Of a stretch of DNA of 64,000 bases, positions 38,296 to 50,629 are shown piece after piece. A program made the position numbers and the translations under genes. Under the pieces are notes generated by a model, which saw nothing but the letters and a program-made list of their open reading frames with translations, was not told the DNA's origin and did not search any database. Within the stretch, counting starts at the first letter, position 1. Each line of letters starts with the position of its first letter. Location: the NCBI GenBank assembly GCA_010093815.1, contig ML996571.1. One strand, written 5' to 3'. The stretch is from Pseudovirgaria hyperparasitica. Lineage: Eukaryota.

Positions 38296-39146
38296 GTTTG
38301 ATGAAGCCTAGCTGCGAGGTTTAGCGCTATTGATCCTACCATTACTGCTATTAAGCTGGCTTCACGCAATGATTGAGCAGGTGTTTCAGTTATGATCTTA
38401 AGTGTGATACAGGTGTGTTGTGGAATGATCTCAGCAGCGGTTACGCAGACTTAGCAAGGAACGGATGTCAGCTCAGTCTAATCTGACAGAAGTTACTCAT
38501 CACTCTGTAATTGCCAAAATAGTAGATCCGTTTGCGCCAGCCACGAGTGATATGCCATCAATACTTGAAGACACCCTCAGCTTGTGGTACGGTAAATTAG
38601 GACACCATAGTCAAGAACAATTCTTGACCATCACGCAAGATCATTCTAGTCGTGAGCGACCAGTGGATCTGATGGGCATCGAATCACATCAATACCACCA
38701 AGAAACTGGTCCTCCATATTCACAGACCAGCTTTATCCTTGCATGGTGGTCATTAAGCCTAAGCACCTTGGATTGATGTTGGGTTGGTCGATATACAACC
38801 AATCATCGTTATATGGCCAATCTTTCAGGGCCAGTTTTGCGGCCCGAACAGAAGAGAATGAGTCCGTGCGAAAATTTCGACGATAATTAGTAGGCACAAA
38901 AGATATTCCATGGATTGTGAGCAGCCAAGATGATGATGTGGCATGACCTCTGAGCGCGTTGCATTGGTTGTAGTGTACTAACCCTCCTACGTTGCTCTTA
39001 GTCTCATCCATCGGATTATGCCTCAGGCATTACATGTCATGTGGAGCGCGTCTCTTTCGTGTTCCGCATTGGCACTCCCGATGGCCTAATTAATCACTTC
39101 TCAAACTCGCTCCATACGCGCATCTCATCCAAGCGATATTGTTCCA

Positions 39147-39988
39147 ATGGCCTCTACTAGTAGCACGATTCCTGCCTTGAAGTCTTCATTTCTCAACGCA
39201 CAAGCAAGAATTCTATCGCAGCCGCTTGAACCTGAGAAGATCCGGCGCCATAGCGGGGACACGATTCCTGACAGCGTTATTCAAGATGTCACGCGGGAGG
39301 GTGAGTGACATGTCATTCGCAGGTTTAAGTAGCAACTCTGGTCTGAATAATTGCAGTCAACCGCGAGCTCAGAAGACACAGCAAATCTGCATACAGCTCG
39401 CTTGCAATTCGCGCTGTTGCCGAACAAATCGACAATCTGTATTGGCGCTCAGCCGAGCCGGACGCACATGACGACGAGCTCGATGAAGGCCCCGACGGCA
39501 TTCGCGTTCTAGGCACAGATGATGATCTTTCGTGGCAGAGGTGATCAGTTGAAAGCTGGCTGAATGGTACGGAATTGGCTAACAGAAAATCTAGCAACAT
39601 ATCTAGACTACCCGCGCTGTTCGAAGACCTAGCACCGGCAGAGGCTCCTTCCGTAGACCTTGATGCGCTCTCGGAGCAGCTTGCGCATCTTCAAGAACTC
39701 GATTCGCGTCGTGCAGCGCTAAATAGAAAGCTTGCCTCATACAATGCATTACTGAAACTCCTAGCACCGTTCGAGCATGCACAAAAAAACATACAACCGA
39801 ACCTAGTCACCAAGGATGGACCCCTGGCGACGGAGCTCACAAAGCTGAGGATGATGAGCTTGCGCGTCAATGGTCGGTTGGGTGACTGGGTCGAGGCGAG
39901 GAAGGCTGAAGACGCAGTTCGCAACGTGGTGTCAGACGAAACATGGCCGAGCGAAGAGGAGAGGCTCGCTGCAGTACTTGCCAGCTAA
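39147..39988 (+). CDS. fta4: Kinetochore Sim4-complex subunit Fta4-like; introns 39301-39356 and 39541-39594
   Basis: KSSFLNAQARILSQPL, VNRELRRH, RAVAEQIDNLYW, NIQPNLVTKDGPLATEL. Confidence 0.82.
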
Positions 39989-40118
39989 GCGATGGCGGTA
40001 CTAATGCGCTACGATATGCGACATTATAACATCACCGGGAGAGTCACATACACACTGGAGTTATCAGCGTGTGCGGTCTCAAAGAGAAACAGACGAAGCG
40101 CACACGCCAAGAAGTACC

Positions 40119-40794
40119 TCAAAAGTCCTGTATGCCGGTTTCGCCTGTGACTTCTTTTCTACCACCACCTTCATCGTCCAGTATCCAGCTCGGCTCTTCC
40201 TCTCGGAAATACGCATCCTCACGTATCCTATCCTCTTCCGAAATATCATCAAGATCCTCATTATCATCGACGGTCTTATACTCGAAGTCCTTGTCGTCCC
40301 CTCGTATAAATCGCATCTCCATCTCATACACCCACCGTGCCCTTCCTTCCTCTTGATTGACTGGAACATCGTCCTTGTCCTCCGCCAATATCTCCCCATC
40401 AGGTCCTCGCTTATACGTTAGGATAGAATTCGGATCTGGGTGCGCAAGCGCGTTGAGTTTGGCTTCTGAGCGTAGGATATCTGCTTCGAGGATACCAGAG
40501 TAACCTTTGGCGCGGCCTTCCGCTTCGCGCTCGGAGCTCGATTGGAAGCGACGGATCAGGCGGTCGTAGAGGAGAGGGTCTAGCTGTGTCAGTCGGGACA
40601 TAGTAAGGAGAACGAAGCTGTGGCTTACCGGCCAGCTCCAATGAGGGGCCGAAATATTCAGGATGTGTGTCTAGGTAGCGCCTGCGACGGTTCTTGACGG
40701 TGATGTACCGATCGCGTGGTGCTTCCCGGGGCATTTCCTGGTGGGTGGACTGAATATCACTGGTTTCTGCATTCGAAGGCTGGTGTGCAGCCAT
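40119..40794 (-). CDS. CCDC97-like (DUF2052) protein; intron 40580-40628
   Basis: VKNRRRRYL..HPEYF, A|DPLLYDRLI, RFIRGDDKDFEY..VD, EDAYF. Confidence 0.85.
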
Positions 40795-41257
40795 GTCTAG
40801 AGATGTCGGAAAATATGGCATACTTTGTTTAATCGTGCCGTGAGATAGCGTCTTGCTTTGGGATTGTAATTCGACGTCTATGCGTGCTCGTCATCTCCAT
40901 GTCGCAATAGGACCCTCGCTGGTGGACGCTGAAGACCGCGGCGAGGGACATCGAACGACCAAGGCGGGAACTAGCGTCTCAAGCTAGTGCCGAAAAGGAC
41001 TAGCGCAGTTGAGCCTTATGGGCTACATGCGATGAGCTATAGTAGACTGAACATGCTCATATATCCCGACTCGACACTTGCATGTTTCTCGAGTATCTGA
41101 CAATATAGCGGGACATACCATTGATTGAGATTCAGCGATCTGACAGTCCGACTTATCGCCTATTGTATAGTGACGATATCTCCTGGTTATCACCTATTCC
41201 TTCAACGAGTGAGAAGGAGGCAACTTCTAGCATAGAACTGGAGAGAGAATTGTACCC

Positions 41258-43071
41258 ATGGCGCCTCAGAAAAAAGGGACCCAAAGGAAAGCTCAGGCCG
41301 TACGTAAAGAAGCTCTAAAGACGGAACCTTCAGTCCTCTCGAATGTCGGAAAAGCAGTACTGCTACTCGCAGTAGCGGGCGCTGCAACTACAGTATCTCA
41401 ACTAAGCCTGTCCCCAGTCTACGGGTCCATCCCCTCTGCTCTATTTCATCAGCGGGCCGTAACGGGTACTGCGCTATCAGCTGTCATGGCGAGACATAGC
41501 CGTACGCTGAAGCGATATGTCCCTAGAAATCTTTCTGAGTTTATTCCGCTGCTTGCATACTGGATCCCACCTATTCAATTCATTATGTTCAAGCTCAGCG
41601 GTCACCTTGGCCCGATCTATGGCCCACTCATAACTGAGATGGTTACCTATCTTCCGCTACTGTTTATGGTAGTGTATGCTGCGGGCGATCTTATTGACAC
41701 GATCGATCTTCGCCAGCTTCAATGGAACTCGACTGTCATAGATATGATCGGGCCTGTACTCTCGTATATCATTGTTACCATATCAAGCAAAGTCACTGCC
41801 TTGCAACTGCCCGGAGCTATGAGCACCAATCAATTTTTGACAAGATCAGGACTTCAGCTACTCCTAGCTTCAATCTTTGCAGCTGCGTCTACCTCATTCT
41901 GGGTAGTGTTGGCGGTCCCGGCCATGATACATACAATGATCGCAAACCCACATTACCACGGTGTGAAAGCTACTGCTGCTCTGAACTCGACATTGGCGGT
42001 GTATAATTATACGATTCTAGAGCGCAGGGAGTCTTTGACTGGATATGTATCCGTTTTGGAGGATCACAACAATTACTTTCGTATCCTACGTTGCGATCAT
42101 AGCTTGCTAGGAGGTAATTGGCTACTCACGCCAGAAAGAATTGCACAAGGCTTCATCATGCCTGAGACCATCTACTCAGTCTTTACTATGCTTGAAGCCG
42201 TGCGACTTGTCGAAACGCCGAAACCGAAACCTGATAGCGAGAAGAGTGCTTTGGTAATGTAAGCGATCTTCAAATACTGAGAGGTCATTTGCTGATAGAC
42301 TTCAGTGGCTTGGGGATAGGCACGGCTCCAAGTGCAATGATTGCGCACGGCATCAACACAACCATCGTCGAGCTTGACCCTGCCGTACTCGAGTTTGCGT
42401 CAAAGTACTTCGATCTGCCAGACAATCACACCGCAGCCGTCATGGACGCGGTGGCCTTTATCAATGAAGTCGCAGTGGCAGCCCCGTCAAGCTACGACTT
42501 TGTCATCCATGATGTGTTTACAGGTGGAGCAGAGCCCGCAGCCCTCTTCACTACAGAATTCCTCCAAGGTATCCGAACTGTTTTGCGCAAGGATGGTGTC
42601 GTTGCCATAGTACGTGATCTACTATATATTGCGATTTGAGCCCACTGACAAACGGAGAATTACGCCGGGGACATGTCCCTCCCGTCCACACAGATAATCC
42701 TCAACACCATACACCATGTATTTCCCACCTGCCGTATCTTCCGCGACTCACCCGAACAAACGAAGTCCGCATCAAGCGACACTGATTTCATCAATATGGT
42801 AGTGTTTTGCACTAATGCGCCAGATGGGAGCAATTTAGTCTTCCGCGAACCTAATTCGAATGACTGGAAAGGGAGTGTCGCACGTCGAAACTACTTGTAT
42901 CCTCGTCCAGACCTGGAGATAAAGTACGAGTTCAAGGGGGCGGAGGCAACAGCGAAGCTGTTACGGAAAGGTGAGACGGCGGAGTTGGAACGACATCAGA
43001 ATGAGGCCGCCATCAGTCATTGGAGAATCATGAGGACAGTCTTGCCAGCTGGGGTTTGGGAGAACTGGTAA
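41258..43071 (+). CDS. Membrane-bound spermidine-synthase-like SAM-dependent transferase; introns 42259-42305 and 42610-42657
   Basis: Multi-TM N-terminus, LRCDHSLLGG, VI|GLGIG, VELDP, YDFVIHDVFTGG, NYAGD, C-terminal WENW. Confidence 0.88.
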
Positions 43072-43179
43072 TCTAGAACCTTGAATGGGTTGATATGGGA
43101 TATGTTTTGAGTATGCTGGCGCCGGCGCCGGCGTGAGTTTTTGATTCCTCTCCTGGATAGTTGCTACGCGACCCTGTTT

Positions 43180-43900
43180 CTATCCCTCCATTTCCTCATC
43201 CTTCTTATTCACTCCCTCGCACCCAGTATTCTCTGCCATCTCGCCTTCCGCCTCCCTGCAAAATCCCTCCATCTCCCAGTCCTCAAACCGATTCGCCGAA
43301 CACCCCAACAGCGTTTGAATGGCGTGCATCTCATTATGATGTACTCGCAGGAACTCTCCCGATTGCTCTGCTAATGTACCCTCGTGTCTATCTCGGGCAG
43401 CGAGCATACTAAGCGCTTCGTCAAGAACAGGATCTGGACGTGCAAGGGCAAGTCTAGAGCGACGTGAGACAATAGGTACATCGCCCGCCTCCCGACTGCG
43501 CAATCCACAACCCTCCAACTCACTTACATACACTTTTGACGCAACACCATCCGCAATGTGGTCTAAGCCGGCTTCATTCTCCTATTTACAAGTCAGCAGA
43601 TTTTCGGGGGATTATGTGAGGATTACCCCCTAAACGCTTGCCACCGACAAACAATGTCGAATAACGTACCGTGAGTGGAATTTCCTGCGTGGTCTTGTAT
43701 TTCCGGTCTAGCACAATCATGTCTACGAGACTGGACGCATAGAAGTCGCGCATGAGCGTGCGGTATGCGACGCGAAAACGGCAATGGTCATAGAGGGCCT
43801 GTGTTTCAGCGCTCACAGTTGTGGTGGAAGGCGTGTTTTGGGTGCTGCGTGCGTGGTGTAGGGGGCTGTGGGCGCCTCGTCCGGAGCAGCGAACTGGCAT
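43180..43900 (-). CDS. Hypothetical protein (about 210 aa); intron 43582-43669
   Basis: GTACGT..CTGAC..TAG intron joins two ORF-track frames in phase; no recognised domain. Confidence 0.6.
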
Positions 43901-45231
43901 TGTTGGAGATGTAAGTAAGGGTGTTTGTACCCGAGTTGTTACTTGGTGATCTTGTGTGTATTATGGATGGTGTTGTGGGATGTCAGTGTCGTGAGGTGGA
44001 TTTTGACACTATGAAGTAGGAGGTCAGGCATTAAGTAGATACATAGGGGCTCTCAGGTGTGGTGACCTGCAATGAACTGGTGATCTGATCGTGATGTGGG
44101 CCGGTCATTGTTCTAGCTTGTTTGCGGTGATGCGCGTTCTAGAGGACGGTGACAGTGACAGGTGTCCCAGGGGTCATGTTATGGGCCAGGGGTTGTGTGC
44201 GCCACTTCCCTCGCGAAGCAGTATCCATGTCAAAACTTCGGAAAGTGGAATTTCGTGGCGTTCGTGGATGTCGACGGTTATTGGTGAGTGTTGTGTATGA
44301 TTAGCAATTTATGGCTGTGTCGTAGCTTTGTTCGCTGAACAGTGACGGAAGTGTCCTGTCTGCCGTGACTACGGCCTCCGATTGGCATGCCTTCACGCAG
44401 TAATGTGACACTTTCGACGGTTAAAAAGACCAATATTACGAACTTCATGACTATTCTCGATGCATTAACATGCCGCTTCCTCTCTATCGAATATGTTCTC
44501 ACCAATCCCTACCGATATTTCCTGTATAGTGATGCCACAGTGTTGTCATTATCAATACACGGATCGATTAACCTGTAAAGTTGCTCATAACGTGTTTTGA
44601 ATCAATGGAGCAGTAGCACATTGCCATGGTCTTCTCCAGGCTGAAGCTGCTCATACTTTGTAGAGCTTTTCACGAGATAGTAGCTTTGATTACGAAATTA
44701 CTACATGTAGTCGTTGTGATCATTGGGATTTGTTAAGTACAATTTTTATGGGACGTGAAACTTAGAAATCGAAGCGTAGCGAGTTGATAATTCGATGTTA
44801 TTAGACATGTCAATATATTATGAACGTAACGACCCTGCAGTCTTGTGCTGTTGAGTCGGGCTGAAGTGACTGCCTACTCAGTGGTTGTACGGATTGGATA
44901 GCAGGCCTAATTGTATTAAGATTTCTGTTTTTTTGTGGCATCTGCGTTTGTATTGATACCTGTATCACTCTGGGCTCACTCCTATCGCCGATAGTACACA
45001 GGCAAGAGTCGACATCATCAGGTAGGATACGAGGCGTTTTGCATTGTGGGGCTTTCCCCTTTACCACTAGCTATTTGCAGCTCTATATTTATAGTTTGGC
45101 AAACCGAAAACATTAGAATTACAGTTATTGGATTGTGTTCTATGAGTCTGATCGCACAAGCATCACAATTTCTGGGAGCATCTCCGGAAATACCGAGACA
45201 AATTGCGAAAACAGATGATTGCAACTTGCGC

Positions 45232-45782
45232 TCAAGCCGTGGCGCTCTTCTGCAAAGCCGCGATCCACCTTTCATGGATTCCCTGCCAGCTCTCGACATG
45301 CTTAGTCTGGATCTTTCCTACCACCAATCGGTTTCCTTTCACCGTAGTGTCCTCGACCAACCACAAGCGTCCGGTGCCCTCGCCGGGCTTCGTGTCACCG
45401 CCTTCCTTGATCGTCCACACACTGGTCTGGGTCAGTCCGAACGGCGCCTGGATGGACCATTCCTGGCTATCTGCAGTCTCGGTAATGGTGATTTCGAGCT
45501 CAATCGTTTCGCCACCTACGGGAGCCGTGTTGGTGTCGGTGACTTTGTAGGTTTTGCTCTTGTCCGTGGCTTTGGACTTGACCTCTTCGTGCGAGCGGTA
45601 ATCCGGGTCGAACGTCAGGAGGACATCATGGTTCTTCTGGAAGGTGTCGATTTGCTCTATGGTCAGGCCTGCGGGGATGATGGACTCGTGGTGGTACTTT
45701 TCGGTGGATGTGAGAACTGTGTAGTCGTGTCAGTATGAGGACCGATACATTAATAAGAGTGAACTTCAAACACACAAGACAT
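45232..45782 (-). CDS. DUF7053-like (START/SRPBCC-type) protein, 163 aa; 7-nt first coding exon, intron 45717-45775
   Basis: ATGTCTT|GTGTGT..ACTGAC..CAG; MSFLTSTEKYHHESIIPAG..NHDVLLTFDP..YKVTD..QAPFGL..WTI..LVED..IHERWI; TATATAAA upstream on minus strand near 45905-45912. Confidence 0.75.
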
Positions 45783-46794
45783 GATGTAGTTTGCAGCACG
45801 CTAAGACAGTACGTGTAGGAGTGTTTATGTGTTTTATTATGGTCGTGGATATTTGCGAGTATTGGCTGGATTTTTGCAGGATTCTGGCTAGACATATGCT
45901 GTTGATTTATATAGAGGCCCGATATCTCAATCTCAGGCCATCGTGGTGCCTGGTACACTAATACGCGTCGTTATGCACACAATCTCAAGCAAAAAAAAGA
46001 CCAACCGCGGTCCTCGGCATGCACTATGCTAATTAGTTGTAGCACCGACGGCGCTGTTTATTAGGGGCTGGTCCCTGGTCTATGCATGCGGGACGCGGGG
46101 GCATGGCGCGAGCAGAGGAGTTGAGCCCTTCTAGACTCGGGGATGCAGCACACGTGGCTTAATTATTATTTTTGGCATAAACTTGATACACATTATTACC
46201 CCGCGATCCGGACGATGCCGTGTGAAACATCCCTCGGTTTCTCACGAGCTCATTTCGCAGATGAATATGATCCATGGTGCAATTTCGGGAAAGGTCTGTT
46301 CTGATACGGCCGCTATTCGACCAATCGGAGCATCTTTGCTCCTTGCGACAATAGCTCCGTCTATATCCGTTCACTGTTCCATGGATGGACATAATACAAC
46401 TGTTGGGTCTCCACGGATAGTTTTTTCATGAAGTAGATCAGGTAGTATGCAATGCGAGCGGCTTCGCTAACGATGACATGGATAGCACTATGACGCATTT
46501 GTCTCACGCCTCATCGTATGTTCGCATATGACGGCCGTATAACGCAAACAAACGCCCAATATTTCTAACAACGCTCTTTTCACGACTAATGAGTCTACAA
46601 CCAAATAAGAAGACGTGATAGAGCTGACAGAAATGGGCAAAGAAGTTGGCTGTGCGTAATGCACTCTATGCTATGCCTCAGGCATTCATACATGGATTGA
46701 TGCCCCGCTTGTCCCATGGCACAGCCTCGTTAGCATCAGACGACCTCTCAAACGCTGAACTTCTCGTCATTGAACCAAATGCGCTCTCGTGAGG

Positions 46795-49700
46795 ATGATA
46801 CGCCTCCTAGAGTGCGATGACCACGGACAGGTACGTCTCCGAAAATTCGAAGATGATCAGATTCCTGCATATGCCATTTTATCACACACATGGCTTGCGG
46901 ACAACGACCAGGAGGTCACGTTTGAGGATATTGTAAAGCAGGCATACCAAGGCAAAGATGGCTACCAGAAGATCGATTTCTCGTTCAAGCAGGCAGCCCG
47001 CCATGGCTTGCGTTACTGTTGGATCGACACGTGTTGTATCGATAAGAGCAGTAGCCAAGAGCTGTCTGAGGCACTCAACTCGATGTTTCGGTGGTACAGG
47101 AATGCTGCGCGATGCTACGTATATCTGTCCGACGTCTGTAAAGATGACTCGGACCATGCAAATGTCGTCTCGGAGACATGGTGGCGGGAGCCCTTTAAGA
47201 AAAGTCGATGGTTCTCGCGAGGCTGGACCTTACAAGAACTCTTGGCTCCTACGACACTCGAATTCTACTCGAAAGAAGGCTCGCTACTAGGAACTAAATC
47301 TTCACTGGAGCGCGAAGTCAATGCGCGAACGGGAATCCAGCTTTCAGCCCTCCGAGGCACGACACCTCTAAACCAATTTTCCGTAACGGAACGACGATCC
47401 TGGGCAGAGCACCGAGAAACTAAACGGCCAGAGGATTCTGCATACTGTCTGATGGGTATTTTTGATGTTTCTATGTATCCTCTTTACTCGGAAGGAAGGG
47501 ATCGAGCTTTCTTACGCCTAGAGGAAGAGATTGATAAAGCTTCGCAACGAGAGAAAGAACCTGGATCACGAAAACATACAAACGACGACGACCATGAAGT
47601 TCCCGTTCGTAAGCGACTCAAAGTTGAAACTCATCTGCGCCTTGATCATGACCAAGTTGCGAAAATTATGGAGTCATTAAAGTATGATCAGATTGAAGCT
47701 CGACAATTGAACATCAAGGCTCCGCACTCTAAAACGTGTAAATGGATCGTTGATAAGACTGAATTTGTTTCCTGGCAAGACTTCACAAAGCCATGTGGGA
47801 TCCTATGGATCAAAGGCAAACCGGGTTCCGGAAAATCGACTCTCATGAAATATTTGCTTGTCTATGCGCGGAGACACATCAAAGTGGCTGCTTTATTGTC
47901 ATTCTTCTTCAATGCCCGCGGCAGTGATCTCGAGAAAAGTACGAACGGAGCTTATCGAACACTGCTGGTCCAACTTCTTGATAAGATTCCTACACTTCAA
48001 TCTATATTCGACAGTCTTGGTCCTCTGGCGGGAAGTATTGAGACCAGCCATCATTGGACTACAGAAGTATTGAAAAATCTCTTAATCGAAGCTGTTCAAA
48101 GCTTACAAGGCTCGACCATCGTCTGTCTAGTTGACGCCCTCGACGAGTGCGACGTGGATGACGTAAGAGACATGGTGTCCTTTTTCGAAGAGCTATGTGA
48201 ATACGCGAGGTCTGCAAACGGGGAATTACGTATCTGCTTTGCAAGTCGGCATTACCCTCATATCACGATTGATACGGCTATCAATCTCATTTTTGAAGGG
48301 CAAGAGGGGCATCAAGAAGACATTGAGAGATATTTGAAGAGTAAACTTAGAATACATGACGCTGATGTAGCAGAAAAAGCGCGCGCGTTGCTGCTGGAAA
48401 GAGCTTCAGGTATCTTCATGTGGATCGTCCTAGTAGTAGATATGCTCAACAAAGACTACGACCGAGGCCGTGAAGCAGAAATCGAACAACGAATCAGCAA
48501 CACTCCAAAAGATCTCCACGGACTATTCCACGATATGCTGACACGTGACGAACATGGTAAAGGGTACTTACTTCTCTGCCTACAGTGGGTGTTGTTTTCG
48601 AAACGGCCTCTCAAACTAGCTGAGCTTTACTTCGCGATACAATCGACCACTAGTCAATTCAACGCAAGTTTGCGTAAAGCTTCCGACACTACAATGGAGC
48701 GGTTCATCTTAGACGTTTCGAAAGGCTTGGTTGAGCTCACGAAAACAAAGTCTCCAGTAGTCCAATTCATCCATGAGTCAGTCCGAGACTACCTTTTAAA
48801 GACCCAGGCTCTGAAGGTCATATGGCCACAGCTATCAGGAGATGTCGAGAGCCAGAGCCACGAGCAACTCAAAGTCTGCTGTCATATCTTGATCATGACA
48901 ATGAATTGGTCGTCGCGTGTCAACGGCACTCATAGTTTCAAGGCGAATTCGGCTGAGGCTCAAAATCTTCGCAAGGAACTGAATAGCGATTTCCCACTCC
49001 TCGAATACGCGACCAACAACTTACTTTACCACGCCAATCGAGCAGCGGAGGGGGGCATTGACCAGGTCGCATTTATACGTGACTTCAGCTTCACAGAATG
49101 GTGCATGCTACACAACATCTTTGAGAAGTTTGAGGTCCGCAGGTACACTCCGAATGTGAGCATGCTCTACATCTTTGCCGAGTATGACCTATCATATCTC
49201 ATCGAACGCTCCACAACCGCAAGTCAATACCTGATGTACACCGGAGAGCGATATGGGCCTCCCTTGTTCGCAGGCATGGTGAATAAAAGTGCAAAGGTTG
49301 TTCGCTTGTTTATGCAGGATTTGATCAATACAAGGATTTCACATGAGCGCTGGAACACGATTCTAGATGATTTCTTCGACGGGGATTGGACTCACGGTTT
49401 TGGGCGTGACTTCCATTTCACCCACACGCGTACGCTATACTCCTATCTCGTAGAATATGGCCACGAAATCCTCTTTGAATTGGCTTACAAATACGAGGGT
49501 GTACCCACCGTTGAAGCATCAGAAAAACTTTTATTCCAGGCTGTAGAGGGAAATTGTGCAAACATCGTGCGCACTATTTGCAGTAAGGAACACCACCCGT
49601 CAATGTTACCTGCGATAGAGATCAATCTTCAGCTCTCTATCTTGGATCGTAACCAGGCAGTCGTAAAGGCATTGATTGAATCTTACGAGACGCATAAGCC

Positions 49701-50433
49701 CGAAAACACTTTCTTGCTTCCATATATAGGGATCAGATGGCCACGAGAAAGGGTCACATTAGTCGTGAATAGAAAGCTCAAGCAGAGCTCTGTGAGAGAG
49801 ATTTCGCTAGCACTAGCTGCAATTTTCAATCTCCCTGCGGTCATCAATGCTCTTATCGAAGAGGGTGTTGACGTGAACTGTGTGTTAAGATATAGTCTAC
49901 CTGGAACCTATTTCACAACGCCTCCTGATTCCAAGGCATCTGAACTCTTGCAAATTGCACAAAGGTACATCTACTTGTCCAATGGACGTAGTATACTCGA
50001 GGTAGCTTCCCGGCACCGCAATCTACAGGCTGTAGACACATTACTTGGCAAAGGGGCTAATCCAAACCTACATGACACCCTATCGCCTCCGTTGTACGAG
50101 GCGTGCAAAAGTGGAGACGAGAAGATCGTCCGGTCATTATTGAAGTACGGTGCAAAGGTCTATACCTCACTTATATACTGTATCAAGCCTTATGGTACTT
50201 CGTTGATCGCCCTTACGAATGGCCAGGAGCAGATCGTCCAGTTGCTGCTCGATAAGGGTGCAGAACAGAACGCTGAAGAGCCACAGAAGACTGACTGGAT
50301 GGAACTGTGTCTTGAACTACTCAATGGGGTGTTTACGCGGGATTCTGTTGCCGTACGTCAACTGCGGAAACACGTGTCAATGTTGATGCTGGAGGAGGAG
50401 CAGGAATTCCCAGAAGAACAAGGGAGTACTTAG
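46795..50433 (+). CDS. Fungal NLR-like protein: HET domain - NACHT - ankyrin repeats
   Basis: YAILSHTW, WIDTCCIDKSS, WFSRGWTLQELLAP (HET); GKPGSGKST and LVDALDEC (Walker A/B); QFIHESVRDYL; C-terminal ankyrins. Confidence 0.93.
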   Translation: MIRLLECDDHGQVRLRKFEDDQIPAYAILSHTWLADNDQEVTFEDIVKQAYQGKDGYQKIDFSFKQAARHGLRYCWIDTCCIDKSSSQELSEALNSMFRWYRNAARCYVYLSDVCKDDSDHANVVSETWWREPFKKSRWFSRGWTLQELLAPTTLEFYSKEGSLLGTKSSLEREVNARTGIQLSALRGTTPLNQFSVTERRSWAEHRETKRPEDSAYCLMGIFDVSMYPLYSEGRDRAFLRLEEEIDKASQREKEPGSRKHTNDDDHEVPVRKRLKVETHLRLDHDQVAKIMESLKYDQIEARQLNIKAPHSKTCKWIVDKTEFVSWQDFTKPCGILWIKGKPGSGKSTLMKYLLVYARRHIKVAALLSFFFNARGSDLEKSTNGAYRTLLVQLLDKIPTLQSIFDSLGPLAGSIETSHHWTTEVLKNLLIEAVQSLQGSTIVCLVDALDECDVDDVRDMVSFFEELCEYARSANGELRICFASRHYPHITIDTAINLIFEGQEGHQEDIERYLKSKLRIHDADVAEKARALLLERASGIFMWIVLVVDMLNKDYDRGREAEIEQRISNTPKDLHGLFHDMLTRDEHGKGYLLLCLQWVLFSKRPLKLAELYFAIQSTTSQFNASLRKASDTTMERFILDVSKGLVELTKTKSPVVQFIHESVRDYLLKTQALKVIWPQLSGDVESQSHEQLKVCCHILIMTMNWSSRVNGTHSFKANSAEAQNLRKELNSDFPLLEYATNNLLYHANRAAEGGIDQVAFIRDFSFTEWCMLHNIFEKFEVRRYTPNVSMLYIFAEYDLSYLIERSTTASQYLMYTGERYGPPLFAGMVNKSAKVVRLFMQDLINTRISHERWNTILDDFFDGDWTHGFGRDFHFTHTRTLYSYLVEYGHEILFELAYKYEGVPTVEASEKLLFQAVEGNCANIVRTICSKEHHPSMLPAIEINLQLSILDRNQAVVKALIESYETHKPENTFLLPYIGIRWPRERVTLVVNRKLKQSSVREISLALAAIFNLPAVINALIEEGVDVNCVLRYSLPGTYFTTPPDSKASELLQIAQRYIYLSNGRSILEVASRHRNLQAVDTLLGKGANPNLHDTLSPPLYEACKSGDEKIVRSLLKYGAKVYTSLIYCIKPYGTSLIALTNGQEQIVQLLLDKGAEQNAEEPQKTDWMELCLELLNGVFTRDSVAVRQLRKHVSMLMLEEEQEFPEEQGST

Positions 50434-50629
50434 ATCTATGAAGCCTCTAGAGGACGGCATAGGTGCTCATAACTTATGCAGAGACTGCTTTGTCTCACTC
50501 GAAGATCATGTCTCAAGGCTGGAGTCGTTAACCACTTTTCGAGGTTATCTCACTGACGCAAGAATCATGGCCTACTATGTCAATACTACCAAATACAATA
50601 CTGTTACTTGTAACCTAGCACTCATTGAT

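Noticed and set aside
45046..45738. 230-aa plus-strand ORF
   Set aside because: Antisense shadow of the spliced minus-strand DUF7053-like gene; non-ATG start
46400..46800. Amyloid-signalling partner gene next to the NLR
   Set aside because: The NLR carries its own HET effector, and no HeLo/HET-s-type ORF or N/Q/G-rich motif was seen nearby
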